Assembly (NCBI GenBank): GCA_002633005.1
Contig: NMRA01000046.1
Span: forward strand, 933,314-997,313
Direction of reading: 5' to 3'
DNA from: Phoronis australis
Lineage: Eukaryota; Animalia; Phoronida
DNA length: 64,000 nt
Shown: piece after piece, positions 43,001-58,000 of the stretch
How positions within the stretch are numbered: the first letter of the stretch is position 1
How the letters are laid out: the number at the start of each line of letters is the position of its first letter
The notes under the pieces: generated by a model
Database searches by the model: none
The model's input: only the letters and a program-made list of their open reading frames with translations
Told to the model about the DNA's origin: nothing
Translations under genes and position numbers: made by a program

Positions 43001-46000
43001 CTTAACGTTGGTCTATGATGCAGTGGCCATGCTGTTGTTATGTGGGAGCAAGATCTGTGGCTAATAGAACTCTTCTTGTCTCACTTGTGACATACTGTAG
43101 AGTGCATTTGCATCAAAGGTCTTTAAACTGGTGTTAACCATTAATGTAAGTGTTTGTCGTTGTCATTCATTTAATCAGTTCTGTTACATCAAAATGAAAT
43201 TTTGTTCCCAAACATTAAAACTTGTGTATAAACCTCTGACTGTATTAGTTGTTAGTTGTATCCTTTTCCCTTAATTTTGGATTGTTATTCCAGTACATAA
43301 CCAGAGGTTAATTATTAAATCAGGTGTCTTATTTTGCCAGGTGTGTATGAGGAGCACACCCATGTACAACGTAGGTGCTCTAGCCTTCAACCCCTGCTCT
43401 GATGGTGTTCCCAAGGTTGGGCAGTTAATGGAGGCTGCCTGGTCTTTAGTGGAGACCAAACAGTTCAAGATACGTACTACTCTCAGGTAGGCTGCTGCTA
43501 TCTCATTCTACTGTGGTGATAAGACATATGTTGAGTTCCTGGTGTAGATGACAGAGCTGAATCATTACCTCAGTAAGACCAGAGTCTTGTTAAATTGTCA
43601 ACAGTTTGCATGAAAAGATTGTTAATAGCAAATGCCATTTTCTGCTTTAAGAGAGAGTGTGATGTCAAAACACACAACTTGAATTATTTGCAGTAGATTA
43701 TAACGGATCCTTCTGTGACTGTAAAACATTTGTTGTAGCCAAAGTTGACCAAATTCACTTGTTTACAATGACGCGCTATAATTGAGCCAACATTATAAAC
43801 CAGATCTGTTATAATATGGTTGTGAGAATGTATCTGTGGATGTGTGTACTGCACTTTTAACAGTCTGTCTTTTCACTTGATATTAATCATTAAAATCATT
43901 TGGTAATTGTCACAAGTTAGTCATTCATTCATTTCCAGCGAAATTCGTATTGAACCTCGGCCTGACGTGAAGCCTAGTGAAGTGACACCAGCGAGTAACA
44001 CAAGTAAACCTGACATGCCCCCTCCTCCATCCCCTGCATCATCCACGTGTAGTGACCAGAGTGGACCCATCTTGGTCAGTCCGGGATCACTTAGTAAGTA
44101 GTGATACTAAGAGTTCAACTATTGCATTATAGCTTAGAGTATTGCTAAATAACATCTTTCCTCATTGCATTATTGCTTAGAGTATTGCTAAATAACATCT
44201 TTCCTCATTGCATTATTGCTTAGAGTATTGCGAAATAACATCTTTCCTCAAGTGTCTCTTATGGATCCCCATTTGGCCGAGAATTATTTTTTAATCTAAG
44301 TGCATTTTTTTGGTTCCTCAGGGTTTGCAGGAACTTATATGCACCTGTAAGCATACTGGACAGTTGCAGCTTTCTTGTTTATTTTGAAATTTACTGGTAC
44401 TGTTAAGCAACTTAGTAACGAATGCATCTCCCTCAGAACGAAAAAAGCAAACAACACCAATCAAGGAAGTGGAGAGGAAGGAAGAGAGGAAGACTGAGGA
44501 AAACTGGTCCCTGAAGGATGTAGTGTTTGTAGAGGACATCAAGACTGTAGCTGTTGGCAAAGTGCTCAAGGTAGTTATTATACTATGTGATAGTAGTGCT
44601 AGGTAGTTATTATACTATGTGATAGTAGTGCAAGGTAGTTATTATACTATGTGATAGTAGTGCAAGGTAGTTATTATACTATGTGATAGTAGTGCAAGGT
44701 AGTTATTATACTATGTGATAGTAGTGCTAGATAATGAAAGTCTGGCCAAGGGTCTCGTTTGAAGACTGGAGTCATGTTGCTTTCTTGTAGTTTCATATGT
44801 CAAGTCTAGTTTCACGGTCTAACTTTCTTCTATAAAAAGTGTCTACTTGTATCCAGATAATACACAATATTGACTGTATGAAGCCGCAATATAGCCATTA
44901 GCTGTTCATTCCTAATTCTCTCACTTTCGTTGAACTTTGTGACTGGGTTTTTCTGCTGTGTCTCTGTTCACTTGACTGGGTACATGTTTTGACATAAAGC
45001 TTTACATCCCGACCACAAGCCTTTAGTGCCATTCTCCACATATCAAGTCCAAGGTCCTGATTGTACTTTCTTTCTATTCACCCTTTCTCCAGGTTGATGG
45101 TGCCTACGCTGCTGTCAAGTTCCCTATACACGAGACAGAGCATAGTCGCGAGGATGTGTCATCGTTGCTCAACAGCTGTCGTCTCCTGCGTAAGGATGAA
45201 CTGCAAGTTGTGAAGGGGAGTAGTGCGCCAAGACTCCCAGACTGTTTCCAGAGAACTCCTAAGAAGCTCGCACTAGGCGAGTGTGGTCACATACTGACTG
45301 TCACTGCTGATAATCAAGGTAGCTTTGGTTATGGTGTTGTATGTTGTTGACAAGGCAGGTTATGAGTTATGAAATTTTGTGGATGAAGTGATTTTTTTAA
45401 TCTGAGAAGTGCATGGCCAATACCTTGAATTTATTGTTTGTTACGCAAAATGGTGTTAGCTTGGTGAAGCGGCTCAGGTGACGGTTCATTTTGCCCCCAA
45501 TAGTACTTTTGTGTTTGTGTCCAGTGGTATTTAGTGGATTAGATTGAAGTGTACTTAGATGAAGCCTTGAACTTCGTGGATTTGAACATTAAACAAGAGT
45601 AAAAAACAGTAATTCACATATTCAGTGCCCCCCAAAGTTTTCCATTACTACAATTAGTAATGGCTGATAACATGAAATCTCCTCTAGGGAGAACGTGACA
45701 TTCCCCTGGTCTAACAGCCTTTTCTCTTGTGTTAGACAGATGACAACATTTTCTACCTGCCTAAGTCTGTTGGTAAACAAGAGTTCTATGGTCTTTACCC
45801 AGGTATCCACATGGTGACAGTGATAGGTAATCAACTCAAGTATCTAGTCCATAATTTGACAACTGGCAAAGTGGACCAGGAGCACATCTTCCCTACCAAC
45901 CCTACCTCCTTCATAGGACAAAGTCTGAACAACGTCGCCTTGCATGGTGTCGGAGAGGTAACAGCCAGTTTGCTATTTCATATGTGGGTACAACAATTTG

Positions 46001-49000
46001 GTAGCCTACCTATAGAATGAATCAACTCTTGTGATATTCAAACAATGTTGATATATTTGTTAATGAAAAGTTCTACTTAGAACATTTTGTAGTTTGTGTT
46101 ATTGCCGACCTTGAGAAGGCAGTGTTGCCTGGTTGATGAATGCCCGCTTTCTTTATTCAAGGTCGTGGGTTTGAGTCCCACCAGGTCACACTGCTAAACA
46201 CTTGAGCCAGGTTTCTAGCTCCTCAGCTCGGTTTTAACTATACAATAATAAAGCATAAAAATAGTTCAGGTGAGCAGTGCAATGGGCCCACATGCGAGGC
46301 CTGCGCACATCTGGTACAATGTGTATCAGACTGCCTGCAATTTTTTTTTGTGTATTGCCAACCTTTGACTTTGAATAACAGTATTGTTTTTTTTTTGTAG
46401 TGAACATTTTTATTGAGCATGTGGTGGTGTTAAATATAGATAAAATTTTTGCTTTCAAAAAATCAAATTTAAAATGCTTAAAATCATCAATTTCAAATGA
46501 AAAATAAAATACCATAAAACAACCCCACCAGTCGATCGGGTGAACACTGTAGAACACCTACAATTACTCTCTGCCGATATGTTTATTAGAGAGTTATGAG
46601 GATTTACTGGTCGATCCATGCAACATGCTACGCAAAATTGGAACAACAAATCACAACACTTTCGTCATACTTCATTGTGTTTAGTCGTCAGATACTGCAG
46701 CTCGTTTTGCCGGGGTTTATGGTATAATAAGGAATGGCGAAGCGTTGTGTTTGTGGTGGTTGTTACGACTTAATATTTGATCATGATGTGGCTATTTTCA
46801 CTTTTGCGGAACATCGGTACAAGTTTGTACATGCAACTCATCAGGCACTGAGTCGTTCATATGTCACACTCGTGTCCATGGAGCTGAAAAACTTTCAAAT
46901 GAATTGGCTTTTCTTTTTTTTCTCATTTTTTTGGTTACTGAATCCACGATTGTGGTATGCAGGGCTATAGGACTATAAAGCAAGGTTCAATGATGGTGTC
47001 GATGTAGTCACTTGTCAAAACAAGGTGCTTTTAAGCACTTTAAGGAGTTGTTGTCGTACATGCTAATATGTTTTTGCACTTGCTTCTTCAGAAAACTTTC
47101 TGTTTTTAGGATTCTCCCATCATTTTGCGTGACGGTAATGGTGCTATTTATCCATTGGCAAAGAACTCTTCTAATGGTATTCGTGATCCAATTTGGCTGA
47201 ACCTACCCCCTGTCAAATGCCTGTCTGTGTCCAACTGTAGTCTACCGCCCAATGCAGCGAGGAACAAAGTGGCTCTCATCATCATAGCATTCAAGGTAAC
47301 ATGTTGTGATAAGACTACAGCTGTTTTTTAGCCTTGGAATGAGAACAGAGTTCTAGTATCCACATATTGCAATGTGTAGGCACTAGCCATATTTAAAATC
47401 AGTTCAATCCCTAGTCTATCATTTGCCCATTACAAGATCTAAGAGAAAGGGCATGACAAAACTTTAAAGCAATCACAAACATCATTACACAGATGCACAT
47501 AGAGAATGACTGAGGACTGGCCTGTTAAACTAAAATTAACTTTTACTCTCATGGAATCCGTATACTAATATTCCTTAGGATTCTATTTCTGCTACCAAGA
47601 AGAACATGGAAACCAGCAGCGGCTCAAGAAAATGCTTCAGACTTTTATTAAGGATGGCCAACCTTAAAATAGGGAATTCCAAGAAAATGTCGGATGTAGG
47701 CATTGCTGTGATTTGAGTTGTTACAGTAAAGGGCCTGATTCAATTGTCATGTTTTACTCAACTGGGCAAAATGCAGCATCATCAGCAAACTTAAGCAAAA
47801 TGTCTGACTGTGGAGATGTATAAATATGCAAATAGGAGGTTTTGTCATCACCTTTCTATTAATGCTAAGGCCAAAACTGATATTGTGAAATAGTAGGACC
47901 TTATAAGACCTTATAATGAGACTACTACTGAAAGTCAGAATGAGCCAAGTCAGTTGGTAGTAATGTTCCAATTTGCTAAAAGCATCTAAAATATTACATC
48001 TTGGGCACAGCAATGTGTGTGTCATGTCAAGGTCAAGCCGCTGTTCTAAACCTTAGTTATGAATATTCAGTGTCCATTGGATAAAAATACTCATGAAGTA
48101 TACTGCAGCTTTAATCTTTCCCTTGCCAGTATAATACATGTGCCATGAAGTTGTGCCTTACACCATCAGTCTGCACTGTCTCTTCTCTAGTCGCAGTCAC
48201 TGATACCACATTTATTGCGCTATGACATTGGCCAAGCCAAGCAACTGTTGGACAATATCACCAATGACCCTGATGGAGCGTCCAGAGACGTCCAGATAGA
48301 GGCTCTGTTAGCTGAGAGGTGTGACGGTGGCCGTAACATAATACACACCTGTGTAGCCATGTCGTTCCCTCAGTCTAACAAGGATAATGATCAAGGTAAG
48401 TACTCTTATGTATTGGCTGCTGCTGGTTGATGTTAGACTATAAGGTTAAGCTTATGGCGAAATGAATTTCCTGTCACGTGAAGAAGATGATGATGCCTTC
48501 TCATTTTTGGGTGGATTTGTTGTATTCTACACCACTCTGTGGCCCTCTAAAATTTTTTTGAGTACATTTTTGTCATCACCCTCTCCATCCACCAAACTGC
48601 TTGAAGGATCATTATCAAAATTTGGAGATATGTTTCTGATGAGAAGATCGAGGCTGATGTTGAATTTCGGAGATGTTCATGTACTCTGGCCCCCCTAGTG
48701 GCAATTTTATTTTTTTTTGCAATTTTCTTTTTTTTTGCATCTAAGGCTGTATCTTTCTGAAATTCAGCAGATGTGTTCCTATGAAGATGGCAACAGCTGC
48801 CAGCCAGTTTCAAACCAATCCAAGTGCAGCTGTGATCTCTAGTGGCAATACATTTGCCTCTGTAACAGAGTTCTTTGACGCTTTTTCATGAAATTGGGCA
48901 AACAAACCTCTATTACGAAGACGACAGCATCTTTCCTTTTTGTGATGGATTTGACATACTTGGCACCAACTAGTGGCCATTTCAATTATTTTTTGTCTGT

Positions 49001-52000
49001 TTTTTTTGTGGTTTGCTTCTGTATCTGTAGTGACGTTTTTTCGCCTCTGCAGGTGTACCTGTTAAACCCCTTGCAAGATGTTTTTGAAATTTGGCAGTTG
49101 TATTTCTGTCAACTTTACAGCAGATGAATGGATTCATCTACTGCTGTGGTTTTTAATGGGAGTTTTGTTTTCATGTTTGCCTTTGTATTGTTGGAGTTCT
49201 TATGATACAAATAAACACCTGTAGAAGCACACCTTTGTATTGTTGGAGTTCTTTGATGGATTTAAATAAAATTTGGCAAATAATTTTGAAAGGCGGCGCC
49301 ACCTTCCTATTTTTTGGATGCGTTCAGTGTATTCTGAGCCATCGAATGGCCATTTTTATGATACAAATAAACACCCCAAGAAGCACACCGTTTGCAGTGC
49401 ACTTGCTCCGTGTTGCTCTTGTGTTTTAGTGAATAATTGTGTTTTTACCAGGTTTGTGTGAATGATCCCTGTTACAGAAATATAAACGTAAATAAACCAG
49501 TTTTCAGTTATTCTGATCTAAATTAATATCTATTTACATATTTACAAATATGACAACAAATTACGCAAAGCTTGGGACGAAGACAGTCGAACATCAGCAC
49601 CAACAGTCCAAAACTTGAAACTTGCGGCATCTTCAGTCTTCATGAGTTCATCACCAAAGCGTCACGCGTTCCATTGACTCCACCAGTCCACCAAAATAAT
49701 GCAGTCAAGTTCCATTCACAAGACGCTGCTGTCTGTGCCGTAGCAATCCCAAGACGCTTTTGTGTATTAGTTTTGACCTGTCATTATTGTTGATAACTCC
49801 ACCCACCATGTACATTCTCCTTCTCCATTGGTCCACTGTCAAGACAGTGATCTATTCAATATTACTTTGTGCAGACAACAGTGGCAGTTCCTCAAGTGGA
49901 CATTCCTCAGCAGCACTTGAAGCATTTAATGCAGTCAGCAATGCAGTCGACACATTCTCACTGATGCAGGGCCGCAGTGGCAGTGCTGAAGCCTCAGAGA
50001 GGCTCATGGCCAGAAGGTTAGTGAAGTAAGCAGCTTTTAATATACTTTTATTATGCACCCACATATACATGTGTGGGTGTATAGTCTCATCATTCCATGA
50101 ACAAACATTGGATGTATGACTTGTCTGGCTACACCTCCTACTTGAAAGAGTTTTTTAAATCAATTTTACATCTAATTTTTGCAGAGGAAATAACACCACC
50201 TGTAATCCCAACTAATATTGTGGCACTTGTGAGAATTTAATTTTTTGCCTTTGTCTCTTAATTACCAAACCTCGCATAAGTTCTTGGTCATACCTAGCAC
50301 ATACATTTGTGTCAACATGCGTGACACTTGACAATGTTCTGCTCCTCTATCTACCACGCTTCATGAAGGAACTGGATTTATGCTGTGCCTCTGAGAGACA
50401 TTTTTTGTACTGGTCTCTTTCCCTGTCAAACATCGTGCTTGTCATTTGTGGCGTATTGCAGATATTGTGTTATAAACAAGTGGTTACCATGCAACACATT
50501 ATGTTATGAACAAGTGGTCACCATGCAACACATTATGTTATGAACAAGTGATCACCATGCAACACATTATGTTATGAACAAGTGATCACCATGCAACACA
50601 TTATGTTATGAACAAGTGGTTAGTATACACGCTTGGTACTACACTGCCTTATTTTTTCATTTTTGATTACTCTTGAAAATTTTTTTAAAGCCATTCAGTA
50701 GATTGGAAAACTTTCTGAATTGGCTATTGAGTGTCTGTGGTGGCCAAATTAATTATTTAGTCTAATTTTACTGCATTAGAGTAGTAAATAACCCTTGTAG
50801 CGTACCACTGTGCACTGTTGTGGGAGCATATTAATGTATTGCATTGTTCTTCTGTATCTTAATGAAATCAGCACCATTTGAAATGCTGTAGTGAATTAAG
50901 CAGCATGTATGCAGCTTTTATGCACCAGAACATTTTGTTCTTTAAGGCTTTGAATCCAGTTTCCATTTAGTCTTTGTGAAGTGTTGAAAATTATATTATA
51001 GCTCAAAAATTCATTAATGTGGTGTTCAATTTATTGCACGCTTATTGCTCTTACCATTGACTGTAAGGAAGGATGAGAAGTATTGTGACCGCCCGCTGTG
51101 TCTCATTTCTAAGAAAAATTTGTTATATTTGTGTGGCAGAAACACGTTGTTGACAGAGATTCAGGTAAGAAATTTTGGTGGTTTAGTAATTTCGAAAAAT
51201 TTTAGTAAAGTGTTAAGTCTGATTTTTGTCTTCAATGTTATGGTGATGTGTGGTCTTACATCCATATGTCTCACAATTTAAGTTTTCATACATCCATATT
51301 TCAAATTGTGGAGGATTTTAGCCCAAAACAATCGTCTGTTTTCTAGGAACTCAGTAACTCTTTTCTGTGTGTGTGTGTGTGTGTTAAGTGGTCTGATTTG
51401 TTAATCTCTACAATGTCTGTTGTAGTCTTCGTGAGATGATGAGACGTGCCACGTCTGCTGCTCGTAATGTGAGTGGATTGGACCCAAGAGATCCTGATGA
51501 AGCGAGCTCTCTTAACTGGCCTCTGGACCTACTGGAAAGTAACAGATCTGGAACTTCACGTAAGCACACATCATTATCTTTTGACGTTCAACTCGGTGTC
51601 ACTTATTTTTGATTACTTTGTATTTTCTGTTGAGTTTGGTTACTTAAGTTGTGAGTGTCTGCAAGTCAAGAGGAGTTGGCTTTAATAATGCTTTGTTAAG
51701 ATACTCGAAATATTTCACAGTTATTTTCTTATAAGTCTTCTCTGTTTTGGTTCTACAAAAATAGAAACAAAACTACATAGCAAAAATTTCATAATTTACA
51801 CAAAAATGCAAATTCAAAAATACCGTAATAGCAAATAAAATCACCTCAATAATGCAGCTCTCATCCTCTCCTCTCTAAAGCCAAATGTACACTGCCCACC
51901 CGAGTGTGTAGAAAACAAGTCAGCACACACACCAGTACATACACAAATGTGAGTCATGTGATATGCAAATCTCATTCAGCCTTCAAACAGCTATGAATAA

Positions 52001-55000
52001 ACACGTGGATATGAGGCTCACTGAGTTAACAAACATAAAGTGTCTTACACAGAGTGTCTCATTCAAATACGACATTTCTTTCAATGCTTTAGGAAATTGG
52101 AGCTCAATCTTATGTTGTGAAGTCTGATTATTAAAGTGTTCTTATATAAGTCATTGTGTTGAATTTTTTAAGGAGTGCCGCACAGTTGTAATTTATTATA
52201 GTCAAATTTTTTATTTTTATATTATTTTGGAGTTTGTACTTTGCCAGCTTCAAATTTGTAAAACAAACAATGTGGGGATCACTGGATTAGTTTTTCCATT
52301 TCTTCCACCTAATCAATGGTATCTTTTGTAACAGTGTGAAATAATAAGAAAAATTTAGGTGGCCGCGATTTTCGTTGTGTGCGGGATTCTAGCTTTACAA
52401 ATGAATGCACAGTTTTAACCTGTCAAACTCAAAGTAATAATTACCACGCTGCATTCCATTAGATGGCGATTATGATGTGGTTGAGATAATGATTTAAGTT
52501 TTGATGTGAACTGTCTAAAACGAGAAATTTTGTCTTATGCAAAATAGCTGTGTAAATGAAGTCACACCTAATGTCTACACTAATTGTTTGCCTATTGTTT
52601 AGTGTGATGTCACTGTGAAATTTGACCTTGCACACTAGTATCAAGATGCCAAAGTAATAAAAACTAAATATTCTTCAAACTATGTAGTCTGTTATTTGAA
52701 ATACAGTCCATGCTTTTTGGCAAACAGTGTTGAACCTTTAAATTCATTGTTCTGTGAAGGGTGAGTGTTGAAGTTACTGTCAATTTAAGTAAACATAATG
52801 CACTGTGGGCTTGTTCAACTTGTGTACAATACAGACCAGTAATACTCAGACAAAATGGCTTGTTCAACTTGTGTACAATACAGACCAGTAATACTCAGAC
52901 AAAATGGCTTGTTCAACTTGTATACAATACAGACCAGTAATACTCAGACAAAATGGTTTGTTCAACTTGTATACAATACAGACCAGTAATACTCAGACAA
53001 AATGGCTTGTTCAACTTGTGTACAATACAGACCAGTAATACTCAGACAAAATAACTTGGAATTCTCTTACTATGGTGACTGTGTGCTGAATTTATCGTCA
53101 GAGTAGCCTTTTCTCATCAAGAATGAGGCAGAATTGGTGGGAAAGGTAGAGAAGTGGTGAAGCCATTCTGTAATTAGAATTTTGCTGATATAAAACTCAT
53201 TATCAGTCAGTTTTGCTGTAGACATAATTAAGTGGTCATGATGAGGAGGTATCTTGTCTGATATCTTTTGTCCTGTGCTGTGCTGTACATTGCCTGACTA
53301 CAGTCAGCAGTTAAGAAGTCCACTATGTCTTGCTCTTGTGTGTTCCATTGCGAACATTCAGGTAATTAACTGGTTGTCATTTGGTGTATTGCAGAAGTAT
53401 TGTTCAAAGAAATTGTTCTGTTTATTGTAGAAGGTGAACGCCCGAGTAGAGGTAGTTCATTCCAAAGTACTCCTGCTACATCTGGTCCCAGCCAGGAGGC
53501 GCCACTGTCTGTGAGTAGGCAGGAGGAGAGGGATCGTAGAGCTAATGGTATCCAGTTGTTGACGTTACTGTGTGAGGCGGCACTACTACAGCCTTACATG
53601 TACAAGTTACTCTGTGATCGGTGAGTCAGTTGACATCAGCTGATTTAAAATACTGACAAACTCAACACTGAATATGTGATGTTAGTAACCAGTGGATTTT
53701 TTAGAAGAAAGAACTACTTTGTTTGATTTTTCAAGAATGTTCACATTAATAGCTATAGCTACTTTGTGTGCATATTTTGCTTTTCTATATATTGGTGGTA
53801 ATAATGCATTTCATAAAGCCACTTGGTATTTTACGTGGCAATGAGATAATCCCCGACCATTTCTTACATTTCATTTCATTCTATACAGGAATGCAGAGGG
53901 CCACACCCCTTCATGCAGGATGTTTGTGGCCAGTTCTATCACCCACCTGTCATTTCATTCTATACAGAAATGCAGAGGGCCACACCCCTTTCATGCAAGC
54001 TGTCTGTGACCAGTCCTATCACTCACCTGTCATTTCATTCTATACACGAATGCAGAGGGCCATACCCCCTTCATACAAGCTGTTTGTGACCAGTCCTATC
54101 ACTCACCTGTCATTTCATTCTATACAGGAATGCAGAGGGCCACACACCCTTCATGCAGGCTGTCTGTGGTCGGTCGTATCCAGCTGCTTTAGTCATCTTT
54201 GACATCGCCCGCCGCCTGGCCACACATGAGGGGACACTTGATCAGCAGATGTGGGTGAATATGATCTATCCAACAGGTTCTACGCTGGATGACTCACCCC
54301 TCATGATGTTATGTTGTAATGACACCTGTAGTTTTACGTGGACAGGTGCTGAACATATTAACCAGGTAAGTGTTGGTTGCTGATCACTGAATACTGTAAT
54401 GAAGATGCTTATGTCATGGGCCATTCAGTACTTATAACCTGGGCTAATTGATCACAGCCGCATGCAGTTACATTACTGCCAACAAGTGACCATGGTTTGC
54501 TTTAGATGAGAAATTCCAGGTTTTGGATGTTGTACTTTCAATGATTACAGGATTATGATTACCTTTGTTTGCAGGACATCTTTGAATGTAAGACGTGTGG
54601 ACTGCTAGGGTCGCTGTGCTGCTGTTCTGAATGCGCCAGGGTCTGTCACAAGGGACATGACTGCAAGTGAGTGAATATTACTATTCAACGGACTTTCAAA
54701 ATGCAGACCTGTTTTCTTGTGCACAATTGCTATATTGTCTGTAATTCCAGTCATAGCTACACCATTACAGAAGGTCTTTTTCTTACTGCACAAAAATTTA
54801 ATGTGGCTCATGTTATTGAAACAATAATATTGATCATTACAAAATGTTGTTACGATATAATGAACTTTTAATCAACAGGTACAATGTTAAATCTTGTGTT
54901 TTTTTCATGAAATGAATTGTCTGATGCATTATAAATATGAAGAGACGGCTGAACGATAATACTGCATCATGAAGTAATTGTACGATAATTTCCGTAGAAT

Positions 55001-58000
55001 TTATCGGATGCAATCAGAATGACAAGTTTCAAAATACAAATTAATCGTAAGGCAATAAAAACTTCACTTTGTTTTCAATGAAAATTAAAAAAGGCGACAA
55101 TACTATTTAGCAAATTCGAAGTGTTCTTCACTCCTGGAAAAACGTTGAAAAGCTCGGTTTTGGGGGATTCACCCAGAGTGGTCGTGTCTGCTGCGATCTA
55201 GTCGAGGAGTGTGCTTACTGTAAGCATTACTTAAATAACCAGCATTAATCATGGCTGTCACAGCAGGAAACACATGGAAATACTTGTGGTCAGTACATCG
55301 TGCAACACAAACAGCTCCTTGAATCACACAGTCATTGATGTTCTTAAGAAATTTGATTTTTATGTACAAAAATACTGTAATTAAGGATTTTAGAAAAAGA
55401 CTGCACTGTGCGAAATTACCCAAGAATTTGAAAAAAAAACATACAAGATTGCTTGGAAACTACTCAGGTCTTGTATAAGGGTAAATAGGTCTGATAGTGG
55501 AACTTTAGGAACGTTGGATTGTGATAAAACCAAAATGTACGCCACATAGTTGTTGAATCTTCATGCCGGGTTTTCTATAAGATCTGTTTGAAGATGATGT
55601 TTTTATAATGATAATGAGATCATCCTTTGCACCAAAGCTTCTCTCAAATATATATGTTCAGATCCGTGCCACCTTTAGGGGTTTTTTTTGGCAAACAGAA
55701 ATATACTCGGCTTCAGTTTAATTTTAAAATTTTTGTTTATCATTTGAATGTCATCCTATCTTGTAGGCTGAAACGTACATCTCCAACAGCATACTGTGAC
55801 TGTTGGGAGAAGTGCAAATGTCGTGCACTTATAGCTGGTGCTCAGACTGCACGCTTTGATTTGTTGAACAAACTGTTAGCTGACACAGATCTTGTCTATC
55901 AACCAAACAGCAGGTATGTAGTAGTTGGCTTATACTGTGTAATTGTGATGTGTACTGGATTAACTATACAGACGCGTCACTTGATTTCATATATAGTGTA
56001 GACATCCAAAGTGAAAACGGAAATGAAATGTTAGTAGAGATTAAAGGTACAAAAATGCAAGGAAACTGCGAAAAGAGATTGGTAATTTACCATTAATCGG
56101 CCAACCTCCTTCACTAGTTGTTCGTACAGTTTTCAAACAAAGATTTTAAACTTAAAGCTTTGAATGCCTGTTATCTCTTTTCTTCCCTGTCAGTGTTCAC
56201 ATGTGTTGCCCTTGTTGTGTGTTATGCTTGTTTGTTGTATTACTCACCTCGCTGTGTGTAATACTTGCCTGGTGTATTCCACACCTCTCTGCGTGTAATA
56301 TTTGCCTGGTGTATTACCCACCTCGCTGTGCGTAATACTTGCCTGGTGTATTACTCTCCTGCTGTGTGTAATACTTGCCTGGTGTATTACTCACCTCGCT
56401 GTGTTTGCAGGGGAGAGAACATCCTGCTCTTCTTGGTGCAAACTGTAGGCAGACAGACTGTTGAACAGCGCCAGTACAGGCCGTCACGTCGTACTGCAGT
56501 GGGGTCGAGGAAAACACCCATCACAGAGATGGGTAAGTGACTGTACATCTCATCAATGTTACTAAACTAACATTATCAGTGCCTTTTTAAACACTGTCTG
56601 GAGCTCACTTCAATCTTTAACTTTACCTGGTATGTAAACTGTGATGATGCTAAATTATTTGACCTGTGTAAATATGTATCTTATGCTTTTCGTCTCCATG
56701 ATAGCTTGCTGCACTCTTAAGTATGTTACCATGCTCTTTGTACAGTAGGCTTATGGCCTTTATTACAGAAATAAATTGATTTAAATTGATTGATAAAGTG
56801 TACTCACACCCCTAAAAGTGCATTCCTTATAAATAACCTGCTATGTTATACTACAGATCAAGAGATGCCGGAGCATGACTTGGAACCCCCACGGTTCAGT
56901 CGTAAAGCTCTTGAGCGTCTCCTCAATGACTGGAGTGCTGTCAAAGCCATGATCACGAGTGGCGAGAAACAGGGAAAAGCCAGGTGAGGTTAAAAGTCTC
57001 GGGTTATTGAGAGATTGGCAATCTACTTACACACGCTTGTTAATGGTCTCATATTCAAGATACTAGTTACTAGATAACAAAGTGTAAAGAGTTCTCTATT
57101 GTTTTGTTAAGAAAGATTGTGTAAATAAAGTCGCTATACTCAATTATATGTGGCAGATATAGAATTCTTAGTTATCGTGGATCACCTTGTTCCTAAATCC
57201 TTAGTTATTTTGGAGCATTTAGATGCAATTTTGTGTCGGTAACCACTGTGGGGAACTTGAGTAAATGGAGAGGAAGTTAATTTTTCTTTGAAAGCGTAAC
57301 AAAATAATGCAATAGCGTCTGTTCAAAATCTGCAGGTTAAGAAGCTGCTACGCTATTGGTTATGACTGTGTTTAGTAGTCAGTGGTTTATTAATGAATTA
57401 CTTAGTGAAAGTGAAGTAGGGCATGGATCATGAGCAACTTGTGTATTGCTGCAACAGTTGATGTTGGGTTCTCACTGATAGTGTGTAGCACACATGCGCA
57501 CCCTGGTGGCACTCCTTATTTCCCTCTAATTAAATACCCTAATGTATGGAAACAAGACTGTATAGCTCACAAGTAACTCTATCAAAAATAAAGTGTCTTA
57601 TTATATCATGGTGGATCAAATCTGAAGTTGTTTTTTACTAAGTTTGATTGTTTGAATTTCCAAATATTTGCACACTGACAAGAAACTAAATTATGGAAAA
57701 TAGTACGACTGGATGCAAGTGCACATGATTTTTTGGAGCTGCGCATCTTTGAAAGTATTATCTAGAACTAGCAATCAACATAGTTTGTCTAAGCCATGTA
57801 TGTATGTTGCAGCAACACTGATCAACTGTATGAGGACCAGCTGTATATGAACCATCAAACTGGTACTAGTCGTCTAGATAAGTTTACACATACTCTCCTG
57901 GTCAAGTGTAATGTTGAGGTGAGTCTGTCCTGTCTCATAGATGACTTGTATTGCCGTGTGAGTCTGTGCTGTCTCATAGATGACTTGTATTGCCGTGTCA

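Noticed and set aside
45801-45812. GTATCC resembling a U12 donor
   Set aside because: It is the start of UBR5 exon 16 (G-I-H codons) and lacks the following TT.
46110-46190. Possible tRNA gene (GGTTTGAGTCCC)
   Set aside because: Degenerate boxes and no convincing cloverleaf; at most a decayed SINE head.
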